Shown here: positions 42,319-53,442 of the stretch, piece by piece
Position numbering within the stretch: the stretch's first letter is position 1
Layout of the letters: the number at the start of each line of letters is the position of its first letter
DNA from: Pseudomonadales bacterium
GTDB taxonomy: Bacteria; Pseudomonadota; Gammaproteobacteria; Pseudomonadales; IMCC2047
Length of the DNA stretch: 64,000 bases
Assembly (NCBI GenBank): GCA_024234615.1
Contig: JACKNY010000001.1
Coordinates: 774,334 to 838,333, forward strand
Direction: 5' to 3'
Made by a program: the position numbers and the translations under genes
The notes under the pieces: generated by a model
The model's input: the letters and a program-made list of their open reading frames with translations, nothing else
Told to the model about the DNA's origin: nothing
Databases searched by the model: none

Positions 42319-43013
42319 CAGAAAATTTAGTACCAGTGATTACTATTGACGGGCCTGGTGGTTCTGGTAAGGGAACTATTAGTTATTTGTTGGCAAAGGA
42401 GTTGGGTTGGCATTTATTGGATAGCGGGGCACTTTACCGCGTACTCGCTCTGGCCGCTGAATGGCATGCAGTACAAATGACGGATGAAGTTGCTTTAGAG
42501 GTTTTGGCTGCTCATTTGGATGTGCAGTTTTTAGCGGTGACTGATACACCCGTTTGTCGCGTCATCTTAGAAGGTGAGGATGTCAGCGAGGATATTCGCG
42601 AGGAGGGCTGTGGTAACAATGCCTCGATAGTTGCGGCTTTTGCCAAGGTTCGAGCGGCGTTGTTGGAAAGGCAAAGAGCATTCAGGGAGGTGCCAGGATT
42701 AGTAGCCGATGGGCGCGATATGGGCACGGTGGTTTTCACCGATGCGGCGGTTAAGGTGTTTTTAACGGCAAGTGCTGGGGAACGAGCAAAAAGGCGTCAT
42801 AACCAGTTGAAAGAAAAGGGTTTTGATGTTAGCCTTCGCGATCTTTTCGAGGATATCCAAAAACGCGATGAAAGAGACGCGAATCGGAGCGTTTCACCAC
42901 TGCGGCCTGCCCCCGATTCTCTAGTGTTGGATAGTACGAATCTCGGGATTGAAGAAGTATTTGAACGGGTGATGATTGAGGTGAAGAAAAAAGTCTTAAT
43001 CAGCACTATTTAA
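42315..43013 (+). CDS. cmk: Cytidylate kinase
   Basis: [14 protein letters not shown]-loop; 4-nt overlap with aroA. Confidence 0.92.
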   Translation: MTENLVPVITIDGPGGSGKGTISYLLAKELGWHLLDSGALYRVLALAAEWHAVQMTDEVALEVLAAHLDVQFLAVTDTPVCRVILEGEDVSEDIREEGCGNNASIVAAFAKVRAALLERQRAFREVPGLVADGRDMGTVVFTDAAVKVFLTASAGERAKRRHNQLKEKGFDVSLRDLFEDIQKRDERDANRSVSPLRPAPDSLVLDSTNLGIEEVFERVMIEVKKKVLISTI

Positions 43014-43149
43014 GATGGTCTGGATAGCGCAATTAAACCAGCTGTGCGCGTCTGGGCATTGACCAATAGACCCATGCAGATAGCTGGATGCATGGTTAAG
43101 TAAGTGGCGGTTAGTCGTCATTTATGTCGTAATGATACAGGTAAATATG

Positions 43150-44841
43150 ATGAGCGAGAGCTTTGCAGACCTATTTGAAGAAAGTTTAAAGTCAGTTGAA
43201 ATGAAACCAGGCTCCATTATTTCTGGGGTTGTGGTAGCGATAGATAACGATTGGGTCACCGTTAATGCGGGCCTAAAATCAGAAGGATTTATTCCGCGGA
43301 ATCAATTTATCACTGAATCCGGTGAATTAGAGTTAAATGTTGGCGATGAAGTACGAGTTGCCCTGGAAAGTTTAGAAGATGGGTTCGGTGAAACCCGTCT
43401 TTCCCGTGAAAAAGCCCGCCGCGCCGAGTCTTGGGAAGTGCTGGAAAAAGCCTATGAAGCGGGCGAAATGGTTACCGGTGTGATCAATGGCAAAGTAAAA
43501 GGCGGCTTTACTGTCGATTTAAATGAAGTGCGCGCCTTTTTGCCGGGTTCTTTGGTCGATGTTCGACCGATTCGCGAGCCGATTCACCTTGAAGGTAAAG
43601 CGCTTGAGTTTAAGGTTATCAAGCTAGACCAAAAACGCAATAACGTCGTAGTCTCACGCCGTGCAGTACTAGAGAAAGAAAACAGTGCTGATCGTGATCA
43701 ACTTCTGGCGACGCTGGAAGAGGGCATGAGTGTCGACGGTATCGTGAAAAACCTTACCGATTACGGCGCCTTTGTTGATTTGGGTGGTGTTGACGGTCTG
43801 TTGCACATTACCGATATGGCCTGGAAACGGATTAAGCATCCGAGCGAAATCGTTGCTATTGGCGATGAGATCAAAGTTAAGGTATTGAAATTCGACAAAG
43901 AGAAGAACCGAGTATCCCTAGGCCTGAAACAGCTGGGCGACGATCCATGGGGTGAAATCAAAGCGCGTTATCCTGAAAATACCAAGGTCAAGGCGCGAGT
44001 GACTAACCTTACTGATTACGGCTGTTTTGCGGAGATTGAAGAAGGTATCGAAGGCTTGATTCACGTTTCCGAAATGGATTGGACTAATAAAAACGTGCAT
44101 CCTTCAAAGCTCGTACAAGCGGGTGAAGAAATTGAAGTGATGATCCTGGATATCGACGAAGAACGTCGTCGTATATCTCTGGGTGTGAAACAATGTGTGC
44201 CTAATCCATGGGAAGAATTTGCTGCGGGCCATGCCAAGGGAACAAAAATTTCTGGCACCATCAAATCTATTACTGATTTTGGCATTTTCATCGGCCTGGA
44301 TGGTGGTATTGATGGTCTGGTGCACATGTCGGACATCTCATGGAATGATACCGGTGAAGAAGCGGTGCGTAGCTTTAAGAAAGGCGATGAAATTGAAACC
44401 GTTATCCTGTCAATTGATCCTGAAAGAGAGCGTATTTCTTTAGGCATCAAGCAATTGGATAACGATCCATTCGCAGAATTCGTTGCAGTTAGCGATAAGG
44501 GCAGCATCGTCACTGGTACCGCTAAAGTGGTTGATACTAAACTGGTCACTATTGAGTTGGCGGAAGGTGTTGAAGGTACGCTTAAAGTATCAGAAATTAG
44601 CCGTGAGAAGCTCGATGATGCCCGTGAGGCAGTGAAGGAAGGTGATCAGGTTGAATGTAAAATTGTCAATGTTGACCGTAAGAACCGTACCATCAGTCTG
44701 TCGATTAAAGCCAAAGATGTAGAGGAAGAGAAAACGGCGATGAAGGAAATGCGCCAACGTCCTGCTGAGCGTGCTGGACCTACCACTATTGGTGAGTTGA
44801 TCAAAGCGCAAATGGAAAACCAAGGTCAGGATAGCGAGTAA
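43150..44841 (+). CDS. rpsA: 30S ribosomal protein S1
   Basis: [14 protein letters not shown] start as in E. coli; six S1 repeats; upstream ATGs at 43132/43147 less likely. Confidence 0.95.
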   Translation: MSESFADLFEESLKSVEMKPGSIISGVVVAIDNDWVTVNAGLKSEGFIPRNQFITESGELELNVGDEVRVALESLEDGFGETRLSREKARRAESWEVLEKAYEAGEMVTGVINGKVKGGFTVDLNEVRAFLPGSLVDVRPIREPIHLEGKALEFKVIKLDQKRNNVVVSRRAVLEKENSADRDQLLATLEEGMSVDGIVKNLTDYGAFVDLGGVDGLLHITDMAWKRIKHPSEIVAIGDEIKVKVLKFDKEKNRVSLGLKQLGDDPWGEIKARYPENTKVKARVTNLTDYGCFAEIEEGIEGLIHVSEMDWTNKNVHPSKLVQAGEEIEVMILDIDEERRRISLGVKQCVPNPWEEFAAGHAKGTKISGTIKSITDFGIFIGLDGGIDGLVHMSDISWNDTGEEAVRSFKKGDEIETVILSIDPERERISLGIKQLDNDPFAEFVAVSDKGSIVTGTAKVVDTKLVTIELAEGVEGTLKVSEISREKLDDAREAVKEGDQVECKIVNVDRKNRTISLSIKAKDVEEEKTAMKEMRQRPAERAGPTTIGELIKAQMENQGQDSE

Positions 44842-44849
44842 ATAGAAAT

Positions 44850-44870
44850 GCTTAACCCGTTGGGTTAAGC
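44850..44870 (+). terminator. Hairpin after rpsA (partial terminator/processing site before ihfB)
   Basis: GCTTAACCC-gtt-GGGTTAAGC; no strong U tract. Confidence 0.45.
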
Positions 44871-44926
44871 AGTCTATTCTGGTTTATACTATTGGTATTC
44901 TACGAAACAGGTATCAGGAAGAAGCT

Positions 44927-45211
44927 ATGACGAAGTCTGAATTGATAGAGTATATTGTGGCTAAGCAATCGCAGCTGTCGGTGAGAGATGTAGAATTGGC
45001 GGTCAAGGCGATTTTAGACATGATGGCTCATAGTTTGTCTAGCGGTGAGCGTATTGAGATTCGTGGCTTCGGGAGTTTCTCGTTGCACTACCGATCACCA
45101 CGTACTGGCCGTAACCCAAAAACGGGAGATTCAGTGCAGTTGTCGGGTAAGTATGTGCCCCACTTCAAGCCGGGTAAGGAGCTGCGAGAGCAGGTAGATG
45201 TCAGTAAGTAG
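44927..45211 (+). CDS. ihfB: Integration host factor subunit beta
   Basis: MTKSELIE...[25 protein letters not shown] as in E. coli IhfB. Confidence 0.92.
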   Translation: MTKSELIEYIVAKQSQLSVRDVELAVKAILDMMAHSLSSGERIEIRGFGSFSLHYRSPRTGRNPKTGDSVQLSGKYVPHFKPGKELREQVDVSK

Positions 45212-45281
45212 ACTCTGTCTGCTGGGTACGCTGCATTTGGCCTAGCAAAATAGTCTCGAAAAGTGGATACTTGATAGACCT

Positions 45282-45310
45282 AAACGGCACGCTTATTGGC
45301 GTGCCGTTTT
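45282..45310 (+). terminator. Rho-independent terminator after ihfB
   Basis: AAACGGCACGC-ttattg-GCGTGCCGTTTT. Confidence 0.75.
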
Positions 45311-45432
45311 GTTATATGCGCTTTTTGTGACGCATGTTCGCCTACTGGTCTGTAAAATAGCAGACGACTGTGTTTTAGTAAGATTGGCTCTGCTTTACAG
45401 GGGTGGCTTTCATCAAAAAATAAAGGTTTGCT

Positions 45433-45732
45433 ATGAGATGGATTAAGCGCATCGTAACAGCTTTAATTTTAATTACAGTCTTTTATTGGAGTCTTCTATT
45501 TCGAGTTGAAAACACGTCGGAAGTACCTTTATCCCTGGTGTTTTTTACCTTGCCAGAGGCCAGCTTATCGGTTTGGATGGTTATAGCCTTTGCCTTTGGG
45601 GTTGGGTTGAGTTTATTGCTAAGTTCAATTTTGGCTGCAAAACAAAAAGCGCAACTGTTAATCTCGAAACGTCAACTTGAACAGTGTCATCGACAGCTAG
45701 CGAAATTGCGAGCGGGAACTCCAGGGGAATAG
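45433..45732 (+). CDS. lapA: Lipopolysaccharide assembly protein A (DUF1049)
   Basis: 99 aa, two TM helices + C-terminal coiled helix, immediately upstream of lapB. Confidence 0.7.
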   Translation: MRWIKRIVTALILITVFYWSLLFRVENTSEVPLSLVFFTLPEASLSVWMVIAFAFGVGLSLLLSSILAAKQKAQLLISKRQLEQCHRQLAKLRAGTPGE

Positions 45733-45743
45733 CGAGTGCGGGG

Positions 45744-46922
45744 ATGCCTGATTTACTGCTATTAACTGCATTGCTTGTTGCCGTCGGCTGTGGTTGGTGG
45801 CTTGGTTCTCAGCAAGGCAAGAGGAAGGCTCGCAGTGGTTTAGCGCTTTCTAAAGGCTATTTAGGTGGGCTTGATATTTTTATTAAAGAGCAGTCTGATG
45901 AGTCCATCGAAAAGTTTTTAAACGCATTAGATCCTCAGGGAAATACGGCCGATATTCATCTTGCTTTAGGACGGCTGTTTAGAACTCGAGGCGAGGTTGA
46001 TAAAGCGACACATCTGCACCAGGGCCTATTAGCGCGTTCAGACCTGCCGCGCGATAAGTTATTACTGATACAGTTTGAATTGGCAAATGATTATATGGTG
46101 GCGGGCTTATTAGATCGCGCCGAACGTTTGCTTGAAGAGCTGAGTCGAGAGTCTGGAGAGGTGAAATGGCGCAGCACTGAGTTGCTCATGCAAGTTTACC
46201 AGCGTGAAAAAGAATGGGATAAAGCGATTGGGGCTGCACTGGTATTATTGCCGAGAAAAGCAGCAGAAATTCGTCCCGTTCTCGCACACTATAGTTGTGA
46301 GAAGGCCCTCGAAGCGTTGGCAGAGAATGAAATAAACCTTGCCCGCAGAGCATTAAAACGTGCTCTGAGCTATGACCAAAATTCAGTTCGTGCAAGCTTG
46401 CTAAAAGGACGTATCGAAACCGATGCGGGTAATTTTAAGGAAGCAATCAAGGCGCTGCGAAGGGTCAAAGATCAAGATATAAGTTATTTGCCAGAGGCGA
46501 TACCACAATTATCTCATTGCTATAAGCAGCTAGGTAAACAAGACGTTTTTATGAGCTATTTAACGGATTGCATAGCGCAAAACCCTTCAATTACACTGGT
46601 GATCACGGCTGTCGATATACTGCAGGGAATTGCGGGCCAAAAGCAGGAGGCGAACCGGTTGATCAAAGAGCAGTTAAAATCTCGGCCGTCATTACGCGGG
46701 CTGTTACGTTTAATTGATATGCAAATTGAGGCTTCGGCAAAAGTAGGGCAGAGCAATGAGGATTTATCTGAATTACGTAGTGTTACGGCGCAACTCATTG
46801 AAACGAAACCCGTACATCGATGTACTGTTTGCGGTTATTCGGGCCGCAGCTTAGTCTGGTTGTGCCCGGGGTGCCAGCAATGGGGAAAAATTAAGCCTAT
46901 TTACGGGCAGGAGGGAGAGTAA
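45744..46922 (+). CDS. lapB: Lipopolysaccharide assembly protein B (TPR + rubredoxin-like zinc finger)
   Basis: N-terminal TM helix, TPR repeats, C-terminal CTVCGY...CPGCQQWG; ATG 45744 avoids overlap with lapA. Confidence 0.85.
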   Translation: MPDLLLLTALLVAVGCGWWLGSQQGKRKARSGLALSKGYLGGLDIFIKEQSDESIEKFLNALDPQGNTADIHLALGRLFRTRGEVDKATHLHQGLLARSDLPRDKLLLIQFELANDYMVAGLLDRAERLLEELSRESGEVKWRSTELLMQVYQREKEWDKAIGAALVLLPRKAAEIRPVLAHYSCEKALEALAENEINLARRALKRALSYDQNSVRASLLKGRIETDAGNFKEAIKALRRVKDQDISYLPEAIPQLSHCYKQLGKQDVFMSYLTDCIAQNPSITLVITAVDILQGIAGQKQEANRLIKEQLKSRPSLRGLLRLIDMQIEASAKVGQSNEDLSELRSVTAQLIETKPVHRCTVCGYSGRSLVWLCPGCQQWGKIKPIYGQEGE

Positions 46923-46980
46923 TGAAATTGGCCACGGCTTTTATTCAGATTGGTGCTTTTGATAGCAGGGATGTATCTTA

Positions 46981-47691
46981 ATGATGACCACTACAAAAAT
47001 TATTGTCGCTCTTGATTATCATTATGCTGACGCAGCGTTAACGCTGGCCAGACAGTTGGATCCTAGCAAGTGCCATTTAAAGGTAGGAAAAGAACTGTTT
47101 ACGAGCTGCGGCCCGGTTTTGGTGAGGGCGCTTCGGGAGTTGGGATTTGAGATATTTCTAGACCTCAAGTTTCATGATATCCCCAACACTTGCGCCCAGG
47201 CTGTTCGAGCGGCAGCAGCACTTGATGTTTGGATGGTCAATGTGCACGCATCGGGTGGGCGGGCAATGATGGAAGCGGCCCGTTCGGCGCTGGACAGTAG
47301 CAGCGGTAGAAGGCCTTATTTGATAGCGGTTACCGCGCTGACCAGCTTGGCAACGAAGGATTTAGAGGAAATCGGTTTTAACACTAGTGCTGAAAAGTTA
47401 GTGGAGCGGCTTGCGCTGCTGACAAAGAATTGCGGGCTCGATGGTGTGGTCTGTTCTTCTCAAGAGGTCAGGCGGTTACGAAACTTGATGGGCGATGATT
47501 TCCTCTTGGTTACACCTGGTATCCGGCCCGCTAATACCGAAGTAGGCGATCAAAAGCGGGTGATGACACCGTCAGAAGCTATCCGTGAAGGCAGTGACTA
47601 TCTGGTTGTTGGTCGGCCCATTACGCAAAGCCCCGAGCCACTGCAAGCCTTAGAAGCCATCATGCAAGAGGTTTCAATTGATTCAACTTGA
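46981..47691 (+). CDS. pyrF: Orotidine 5'-phosphate decarboxylase
   Basis: VALD...KVGKELF...[12 protein letters not shown]...VGRPIT motifs. Confidence 0.9.
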   Translation: MMTTTKIIVALDYHYADAALTLARQLDPSKCHLKVGKELFTSCGPVLVRALRELGFEIFLDLKFHDIPNTCAQAVRAAAALDVWMVNVHASGGRAMMEAARSALDSSSGRRPYLIAVTALTSLATKDLEEIGFNTSAEKLVERLALLTKNCGLDGVVCSSQEVRRLRNLMGDDFLLVTPGIRPANTEVGDQKRVMTPSEAIREGSDYLVVGRPITQSPEPLQALEAIMQEVSIDST

Positions 47692-47752
47692 ACTGGCAAA
47701 AGTCTCCTGTTAGCATGGACAAGCTTTAAATTACCAACAAAGGAGTGTTGTT

Positions 47753-48058
47753 ATGAATAGCATTAAATGGATGTGTGCGGTTTTTGCCACTTTTCTTGTT
47801 CTCAGTTCTTCCCCCTTAATTGCGAAAGATAATGTTAGCCTAGCCCCGGCGAGTGTTGAGTCGCAGCAGGTGGATATCAATCGTGCAGACGCGCAAGCTT
47901 TAGCAGATACCCTAAAAGGCATCGGGATGAAGCGAGCGAATGCGATAGTTGCCTACCGAGATGCCAATGGGTTTTTTGGTAGTGTTGAAGATTTGCAAAA
48001 AGTCAAAGGGGTGAGTGCAGCAATCATTCAGAAAAATATCGATAGAATTAAATTCTGA
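47753..48058 (+). CDS. comEA: ComEA-like periplasmic helix-hairpin-helix DNA-binding protein
   Basis: Signal peptide + HhH pair (INRADAQALADTLKGIGMKRANAIVAYRDANGFFGSVEDLQKVKGV). Confidence 0.75.
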   Translation: MNSIKWMCAVFATFLVLSSSPLIAKDNVSLAPASVESQQVDINRADAQALADTLKGIGMKRANAIVAYRDANGFFGSVEDLQKVKGVSAAIIQKNIDRIKF

Positions 48059-48080
48059 AATCTCTATTGTCAGAATTATA

Positions 48081-48105
48081 AAGGCGCAGTTAATGCGCCT
48101 TTTTT
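48081..48105 (+). terminator. Rho-independent terminator after comEA
   Basis: AAGGCGCA-gttaa-TGCGCCTTTTTT. Confidence 0.75.
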
Positions 48106-48200
48106 ATTGCAAGCTGGCCCGGGGCAATTATACTTTTGCTTGCGCACGGCATAACTCAGCATTTGGTTGTTAATGCAGCGGATGAATTTATAGGTAGAAA

Positions 48201-49847
48201 ATGGAACAAGCCGAAATTCCCCATCAACGCCTAACTCAATCCTTAGCTTGGAAAAAACTACAGTCGCAACGTAAATCTCAAGCGAATCTCGTATTAACGG
48301 ATTTATTTGCATGTGATCCTAAACGGTTCGAAAATTTTTCGCTAAAATTTGAGTGCTTGCTTTATGACTTTTCCAAACATCTCCTCACTGAAGAGACGTT
48401 AGCTCTTCTAATTGATCTTGCCCATGCGGCAAACCTTGGGGAACGAATCGATGCAATGTTTGCTGGCGACTTGGTTAATACCACTGAATGCCGACCAGCT
48501 TTGCATACGGCTCTTCGCGCTGAGGCAGGCGGAACAATCTATGTCGATGGTCAAGATATTATGCCGGGTATTTCTGCCGTCAAAGAAAAAATGAGGGAGA
48601 TATCTGAGCGTTTACGGGCTGGTTTGTGGCTGGGTTCTACAGGGAAACCGGTTACAACAGTGGTTAATCTCGGTGTTGGCGGTTCTGATCTAGGGCCACG
48701 CATGGTATGTGAGGCCTTTAAACATAAGGCGTCAGACCATGTTGAATTACTTTTTGTTTCGAGTATTGATGGTAATGAAGTGGTGGCCACTTTACGTAAC
48801 CTGAATCCGGAAACGACACTTTTTATTATATCTTCTAAATCTTTTACGACGACAGATACGATGGCGAATGCCGATACAGTCAAGTCCTGGTTGCGTGAAA
48901 ATTTAGGTGATACAAGGTCATTGGCAAATCACTTTATTGGCGTATCCGCCGATGCTCCAAAAATGTCAGATTTTGGTATCGATGCGGCAAACCAGATTCC
49001 GTTATGGGATTGGGTTGGGGGACGCTATTCGGTTTGGTCGGCGGTTGGTATCTCGATCGCAATTAGTCTTGGTATGCACGATTTTGAGCAGTTTTTAGCG
49101 GGCGCTAATACGGCAGATCAGCATTTTAGAAATACCGAATGGCGACGCAATATCCCGGTAGTCCAAGCATTAATTGGTATTTGGTATAACAACTTCTGGC
49201 AGGCGGATACGCAAGCGGTACTGCCCTATGATCACCGCTTACATGTGTTACCAGCTTTTTTACAGCAGTTGGAAATGGAGAGTAACGGGAAAAGTGTTAC
49301 TCTTGATCATAAGTTCGTCGATTATGCAACTGCGCCGATTATATGGGGTGAATTTGGCCCCAATGCACAGCATGCGTTTTACCAGTTACTGCATCAGAGC
49401 ACCCGTTTTGTGCCTATTGAGTTTATTGCTGTTGCTGATAACGCATCGGTGCCGGAGAAGCACCGTGAATTGGCGCTGGTCAACTGCTTGGCGCAATCAA
49501 GAGCCTTGATGTTTGGCGGCTCGATCGCTGAAGGTCGGGATAAAGAGGACGCCCTGATCAAAAACTATCCTGGCAATAAACCCAGCACTACTATTTTGAT
49601 GAAGGAACTCACACCACGAACGCTTGGCAGTCTTATTGCTTGTTACGAGCATAAGGTCTTTGTGCAAAGTGTTATTTGGAATATTAACCCCTTTGATCAA
49701 TGGGGCGTTGAATTGGGCAAAAAGCTGGCAGGACAATTACGGAATAATGGGAATAAGTGTTTTTTAACAGATGAGGTTCGCTTCGATAGCTCGACCCATG
49801 GATTGCTAGAGTTCGCGGGATATCATCATAAGCAACAAAATAAATGA
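48201..49847 (+). CDS. pgi: Glucose-6-phosphate isomerase
   Basis: 548 aa; GIGGSDLGP-type motif (LGVGGSDLGPRMV), SKSFTT, C-terminal PGI signature region. Confidence 0.92.
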   Translation: MEQAEIPHQRLTQSLAWKKLQSQRKSQANLVLTDLFACDPKRFENFSLKFECLLYDFSKHLLTEETLALLIDLAHAANLGERIDAMFAGDLVNTTECRPALHTALRAEAGGTIYVDGQDIMPGISAVKEKMREISERLRAGLWLGSTGKPVTTVVNLGVGGSDLGPRMVCEAFKHKASDHVELLFVSSIDGNEVVATLRNLNPETTLFIISSKSFTTTDTMANADTVKSWLRENLGDTRSLANHFIGVSADAPKMSDFGIDAANQIPLWDWVGGRYSVWSAVGISIAISLGMHDFEQFLAGANTADQHFRNTEWRRNIPVVQALIGIWYNNFWQADTQAVLPYDHRLHVLPAFLQQLEMESNGKSVTLDHKFVDYATAPIIWGEFGPNAQHAFYQLLHQSTRFVPIEFIAVADNASVPEKHRELALVNCLAQSRALMFGGSIAEGRDKEDALIKNYPGNKPSTTILMKELTPRTLGSLIACYEHKVFVQSVIWNINPFDQWGVELGKKLAGQLRNNGNKCFLTDEVRFDSSTHGLLEFAGYHHKQQNK

Positions 49848-49860
49848 AGAGGTTAACAGC

Positions 49861-51297
49861 ATGCTAGTGCCGGTTATTTTGGCGGGCGGTGTCGGTAGTC
49901 GGCTCTGGCCACTTTCCAGAGAGCATTACCCAAAACAGTTTATCCCGCTGATTGATAAGAAGTTTTCACTGTTACAAACCACCCTTCAGCGATTGGTAAA
50001 TGCTCCAGACGTCAGCTCTCCCATTGTTGTTTGCAATGAAGAGCACCGTTTTATGGTGGCGGAACAGCTGCGTCAGTTAGAGATTATTTCACCCACTATT
50101 ATCTTAGAACCCTCTGCAAAAAATACAGCGCCAGCGGTAGCGCTTGCCGCTCTTAAGGCGTTAGCGGCAGACCAAGAAGCGATTTTGTTGGTGCTGCCGG
50201 CGGATCATCTCATCGCAGATAATAATCTGTTCCATCAGGCGATTAAGGTGGGTGGGGCGCAAGCAGATAATGGCCGCTTGGTCACCTTTGGAATAACGCC
50301 AACGCGAGCGGAGACTGGTTATGGCTATATTCGGAGCCAGCAAAAAAATGATACTCCTAATGAAAAAAGCATAGGCCAAGTCTTTGGTGTTGCGGAATTT
50401 GTAGAGAAACCCGATCTCGCTAAAGCACAAAGCTATATTGCCAGCGGCGATTACTACTGGAACAGCGGCATGTTTATGTTTGGTGCTCAAAGCTATTTGC
50501 AGGAATTAGGTAAATTTGCACCAGATATTTTGGAATCCTGTGAAAAATCCTTTGCCAGCATTAAGCAAGATCTGGATTTTTACCGGGTTGACGGTAAAAC
50601 GTTCGATGCCTGTAGAAGCGAGTCAATTGATTACGCCGTGATGGAACATACGGCAGCGGCTGTGGTTGTACCCTTGGCGACCACCTGGAATGACGTTGGC
50701 GCTTGGGCGGCGATCTGGGATGTCAGTGAGCACGATGCGCAGGACAATGTGGCAATCGGGGATGTCGTACTAGAGAATGTCCACAATAGTTATTTGCGCT
50801 CAGAATCAAGAATGATTGCAGCGGTGGGTGTTGATAACCTAGTGGTGGTGGAAACGGCAGATGCCATATTGGTGGCGAATAAGGATCAGGTTCAACATGT
50901 AAAGGCGGTGGTTGACCAGCTGAAGCAGCAATCTCGCCCAGAGGTCATAGACCATACCCAAGTATATCGCCCTTGGGGTTCGTATGAATCGATCGTCAAC
51001 GCACAGCGTTTCCACGTAAAAAGAATTATTGTCAACCCCGGGGCTTCTTTATCGTTACAGCTGCATCATCATCGTTCGGAACACTGGGTGGTTGTCAAAG
51101 GTTGTGGGTTGGTGACCCGCGGGGAAGAAGAATTTCGACTCAATGAAGATGAATCGACCTATATCCCGATTGGTGTCAAGCATCGATTGCGGAATCCGGG
51201 GAAAATTCCATTGGAAATTATTGAAGTACAAACAGGAAGTTATTTAGGTGAAGACGACATTATTCGTTTTGATGATAAATATGGGCGTACGAGTTAA
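49861..51297 (+). CDS. manC: Mannose-1-phosphate guanylyltransferase / mannose-6-phosphate isomerase (type II PMI-GMP)
   Basis: ILAGGVGSRLWPLSR NTP-transferase motif; C-terminal cupin (SLQLHHHRSEHWVVVKG). Confidence 0.9.
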   Translation: MLVPVILAGGVGSRLWPLSREHYPKQFIPLIDKKFSLLQTTLQRLVNAPDVSSPIVVCNEEHRFMVAEQLRQLEIISPTIILEPSAKNTAPAVALAALKALAADQEAILLVLPADHLIADNNLFHQAIKVGGAQADNGRLVTFGITPTRAETGYGYIRSQQKNDTPNEKSIGQVFGVAEFVEKPDLAKAQSYIASGDYYWNSGMFMFGAQSYLQELGKFAPDILESCEKSFASIKQDLDFYRVDGKTFDACRSESIDYAVMEHTAAAVVVPLATTWNDVGAWAAIWDVSEHDAQDNVAIGDVVLENVHNSYLRSESRMIAAVGVDNLVVVETADAILVANKDQVQHVKAVVDQLKQQSRPEVIDHTQVYRPWGSYESIVNAQRFHVKRIIVNPGASLSLQLHHHRSEHWVVVKGCGLVTRGEEEFRLNEDESTYIPIGVKHRLRNPGKIPLEIIEVQTGSYLGEDDIIRFDDKYGRTS

Positions 51298-51425
51298 AAC
51301 ACCGATGATCCTGTAAATTTAAAAACCTTCTAAAATATCTATCTTTTGATATATATGCGTAGTTTGTTTGCTATCTAGGGGTATATAATTGCTGCCCAAA
51401 GAGGCTTAACCTACAGGGAGTTTGC

Positions 51426-53393
51426 GTGTCAAAAATTGCTCACACATGGATGCTGCATCTGCATCGGCGAACGAAACGGATTATCATGATGTTGGCCGAT
51501 GGGCTGATGATTCCCTTCGCACTCTGGTCTGCCTTTGCGCTGCGTCTAGGTTCTATTTCTTTCGACATGTCCCCGTATTGGTGGTTGTTTATCGCAACGC
51601 CAGTTATCAGCATTCCCATTTTTATGAGGCTTGGACTTTATCGGGCGGTAGTTCGCTATATGGGGCCGCAAGCGGCTTTTGCCGTTTTAAAAGGGGTTAC
51701 CTTTGTTACACTTGCTCTGATAGTCGCTACTTTTTTATATCGGATACCGGGAATTCCACGTTCGGTGATAGGCATATTCTGGTTGATTGCTGTGCTTTAT
51801 GTAGGAGGCAGTCGTTTTCTAATTAGAGCCTATTTTCACTGGTTAATAAAAACCTATTTGGAACGTCAATTGGTGGCGATATATGGAGCGGGGAGTGCCG
51901 GGGTGCAGCTAGCTTCGGCGCTAACGAATGGGGTCGAGTATCTGCCAGTTGCTTTTATCGATGATAGTCGCTCAGCCCAAGGTAGTGTCATCAATGGTAT
52001 CCAGGTTTACTCGCCCGATGATTTAGGTCAGGTAGTCAATAATTTAAAGATAAAACAAGTGCTGCTGGCGGTTCCTTCGATTAGCCGTGCGCAACGGCAG
52101 GCGATACTGGAAAAACTAGAGCATCTTCCGCTCTATGTTAGAACCGTTCCCTCCATGCCTGATCTCGTCTCTGGGAAAGTAACGCTGGATCAAATTCAGG
52201 ATGTGGATTTAGAAGATTTGCTGGGGCGCGATGCCGTACCACCAAACGAAGATTTACTGGCGCGCGCCATACAGAATAAGAATGTCATGGTGACTGGTGC
52301 GGCGGGCTCAATAGGTTCGGAGCTATGCCGTCAAATATTGACGGCTAAACCTCGACGACTTTTGCTTTTTGAGATTTCAGAGTATGGGCTTTATAACATC
52401 GAAAAGGAAATAAAAGCCTTCATGGAGGAAAAAAAATTAAAGACAGAAGTGATTTCCATGTTGGGTTCTGTTCAGGATGGCGGGCTGGTCGAGAAGGCCT
52501 TGACCCATTTTAAAGTGGATGTGGTCTTTCACGCGGCAGCGTACAAACATGTCCCACTGGTGGAGCATAATATTGTTGCGGGTGTTCGGAATAATGTTTT
52601 TGGAACCCTGATGATGGCGAAGGCCGCCGCCAAAGCGAGAGTTAAGTCTTTTGTACTCATTTCAACCGATAAAGCTGTTTGGCCTACTAATGTGATGGGT
52701 GCAACTAAACGTTTAGCAGAGCTTATTTTACAGGGGCTAGCGGATGAATTTAAAGATACCTGTTTTAGTATGGTGCGCTTTGGTAATGTGTTGGGGTCTT
52801 CTGGGTCGGTCGTACCCTTGTTTAGAAAACAAATAAACGATGGCGGCCCCATCACTGTGACCCATCCAGAAGTCAGTCGTTATTTTATGACGATCACTGA
52901 GGCCGCACAGTTAGTGATCCAATCCACTTCGATTGCGGAAGGGGGAGATGTGTTAGTCCTGGATATGGGGGAACACGTTAGTATTCTTGAATTGGCGCAC
53001 AAGATGGTTCATTTAATGGGCCTGGAAGTTAGAGATGAAGAAAACCCGCACGGCGATATTGATATTAAATTTACCGGTTTGAGACCGGGAGAAAAATTAA
53101 GAGAAGAGTTACTGATAGGTGATAACTTAATTGGTACTGAGCACAGCAAAATTTTACGTGCTGAAGAGATTAAGATGTCATGGGAAGAAGTCAGTATTAT
53201 TCTGTCTCAGTTAAACAAAGCCTGTGACGAGTTTGATTACAAAAAAATTAGAGAGATACTGCTCAACTCAATCATTGGATTTAAACCAAGTCATGCTTTT
53301 GTGGATTCTATTTTTGTTCAGTCCATGCTACCCGTAGAATTGAAGCCTGAGGGTGGCTCGAAGGTTTCCCAACTTTATCCAAAAAAGAACTAA
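51426..53393 (+). CDS. Membrane-anchored nucleotide-sugar 4,6-dehydratase/epimerase (WbpM/CapD/PglF family)
   Basis: GTG start; 4 N-terminal TM helices, two Rossmann regions (IYGAGSAG, VTGAAGSIGSEL), YKHVP. Confidence 0.85.
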   Translation: MSKIAHTWMLHLHRRTKRIIMMLADGLMIPFALWSAFALRLGSISFDMSPYWWLFIATPVISIPIFMRLGLYRAVVRYMGPQAAFAVLKGVTFVTLALIVATFLYRIPGIPRSVIGIFWLIAVLYVGGSRFLIRAYFHWLIKTYLERQLVAIYGAGSAGVQLASALTNGVEYLPVAFIDDSRSAQGSVINGIQVYSPDDLGQVVNNLKIKQVLLAVPSISRAQRQAILEKLEHLPLYVRTVPSMPDLVSGKVTLDQIQDVDLEDLLGRDAVPPNEDLLARAIQNKNVMVTGAAGSIGSELCRQILTAKPRRLLLFEISEYGLYNIEKEIKAFMEEKKLKTEVISMLGSVQDGGLVEKALTHFKVDVVFHAAAYKHVPLVEHNIVAGVRNNVFGTLMMAKAAAKARVKSFVLISTDKAVWPTNVMGATKRLAELILQGLADEFKDTCFSMVRFGNVLGSSGSVVPLFRKQINDGGPITVTHPEVSRYFMTITEAAQLVIQSTSIAEGGDVLVLDMGEHVSILELAHKMVHLMGLEVRDEENPHGDIDIKFTGLRPGEKLREELLIGDNLIGTEHSKILRAEEIKMSWEEVSIILSQLNKACDEFDYKKIREILLNSIIGFKPSHAFVDSIFVQSMLPVELKPEGGSKVSQLYPKKN

Positions 53394-53442
53394 ATAAACC
53401 CCATTACAATCACCGCTTAAAAATGATAGCTATATACCAGAG

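Noticed and set aside
51422-51826. 134-aa ORF starting 4 nt upstream of the wbpM-like gene, in another frame.
   Set aside because: It overlaps the N-terminal TM region of the 655-aa WbpM/CapD-family ORF, which has clear domain structure. The alternative frame gives a Cys/Arg-rich nonsense-like sequence.
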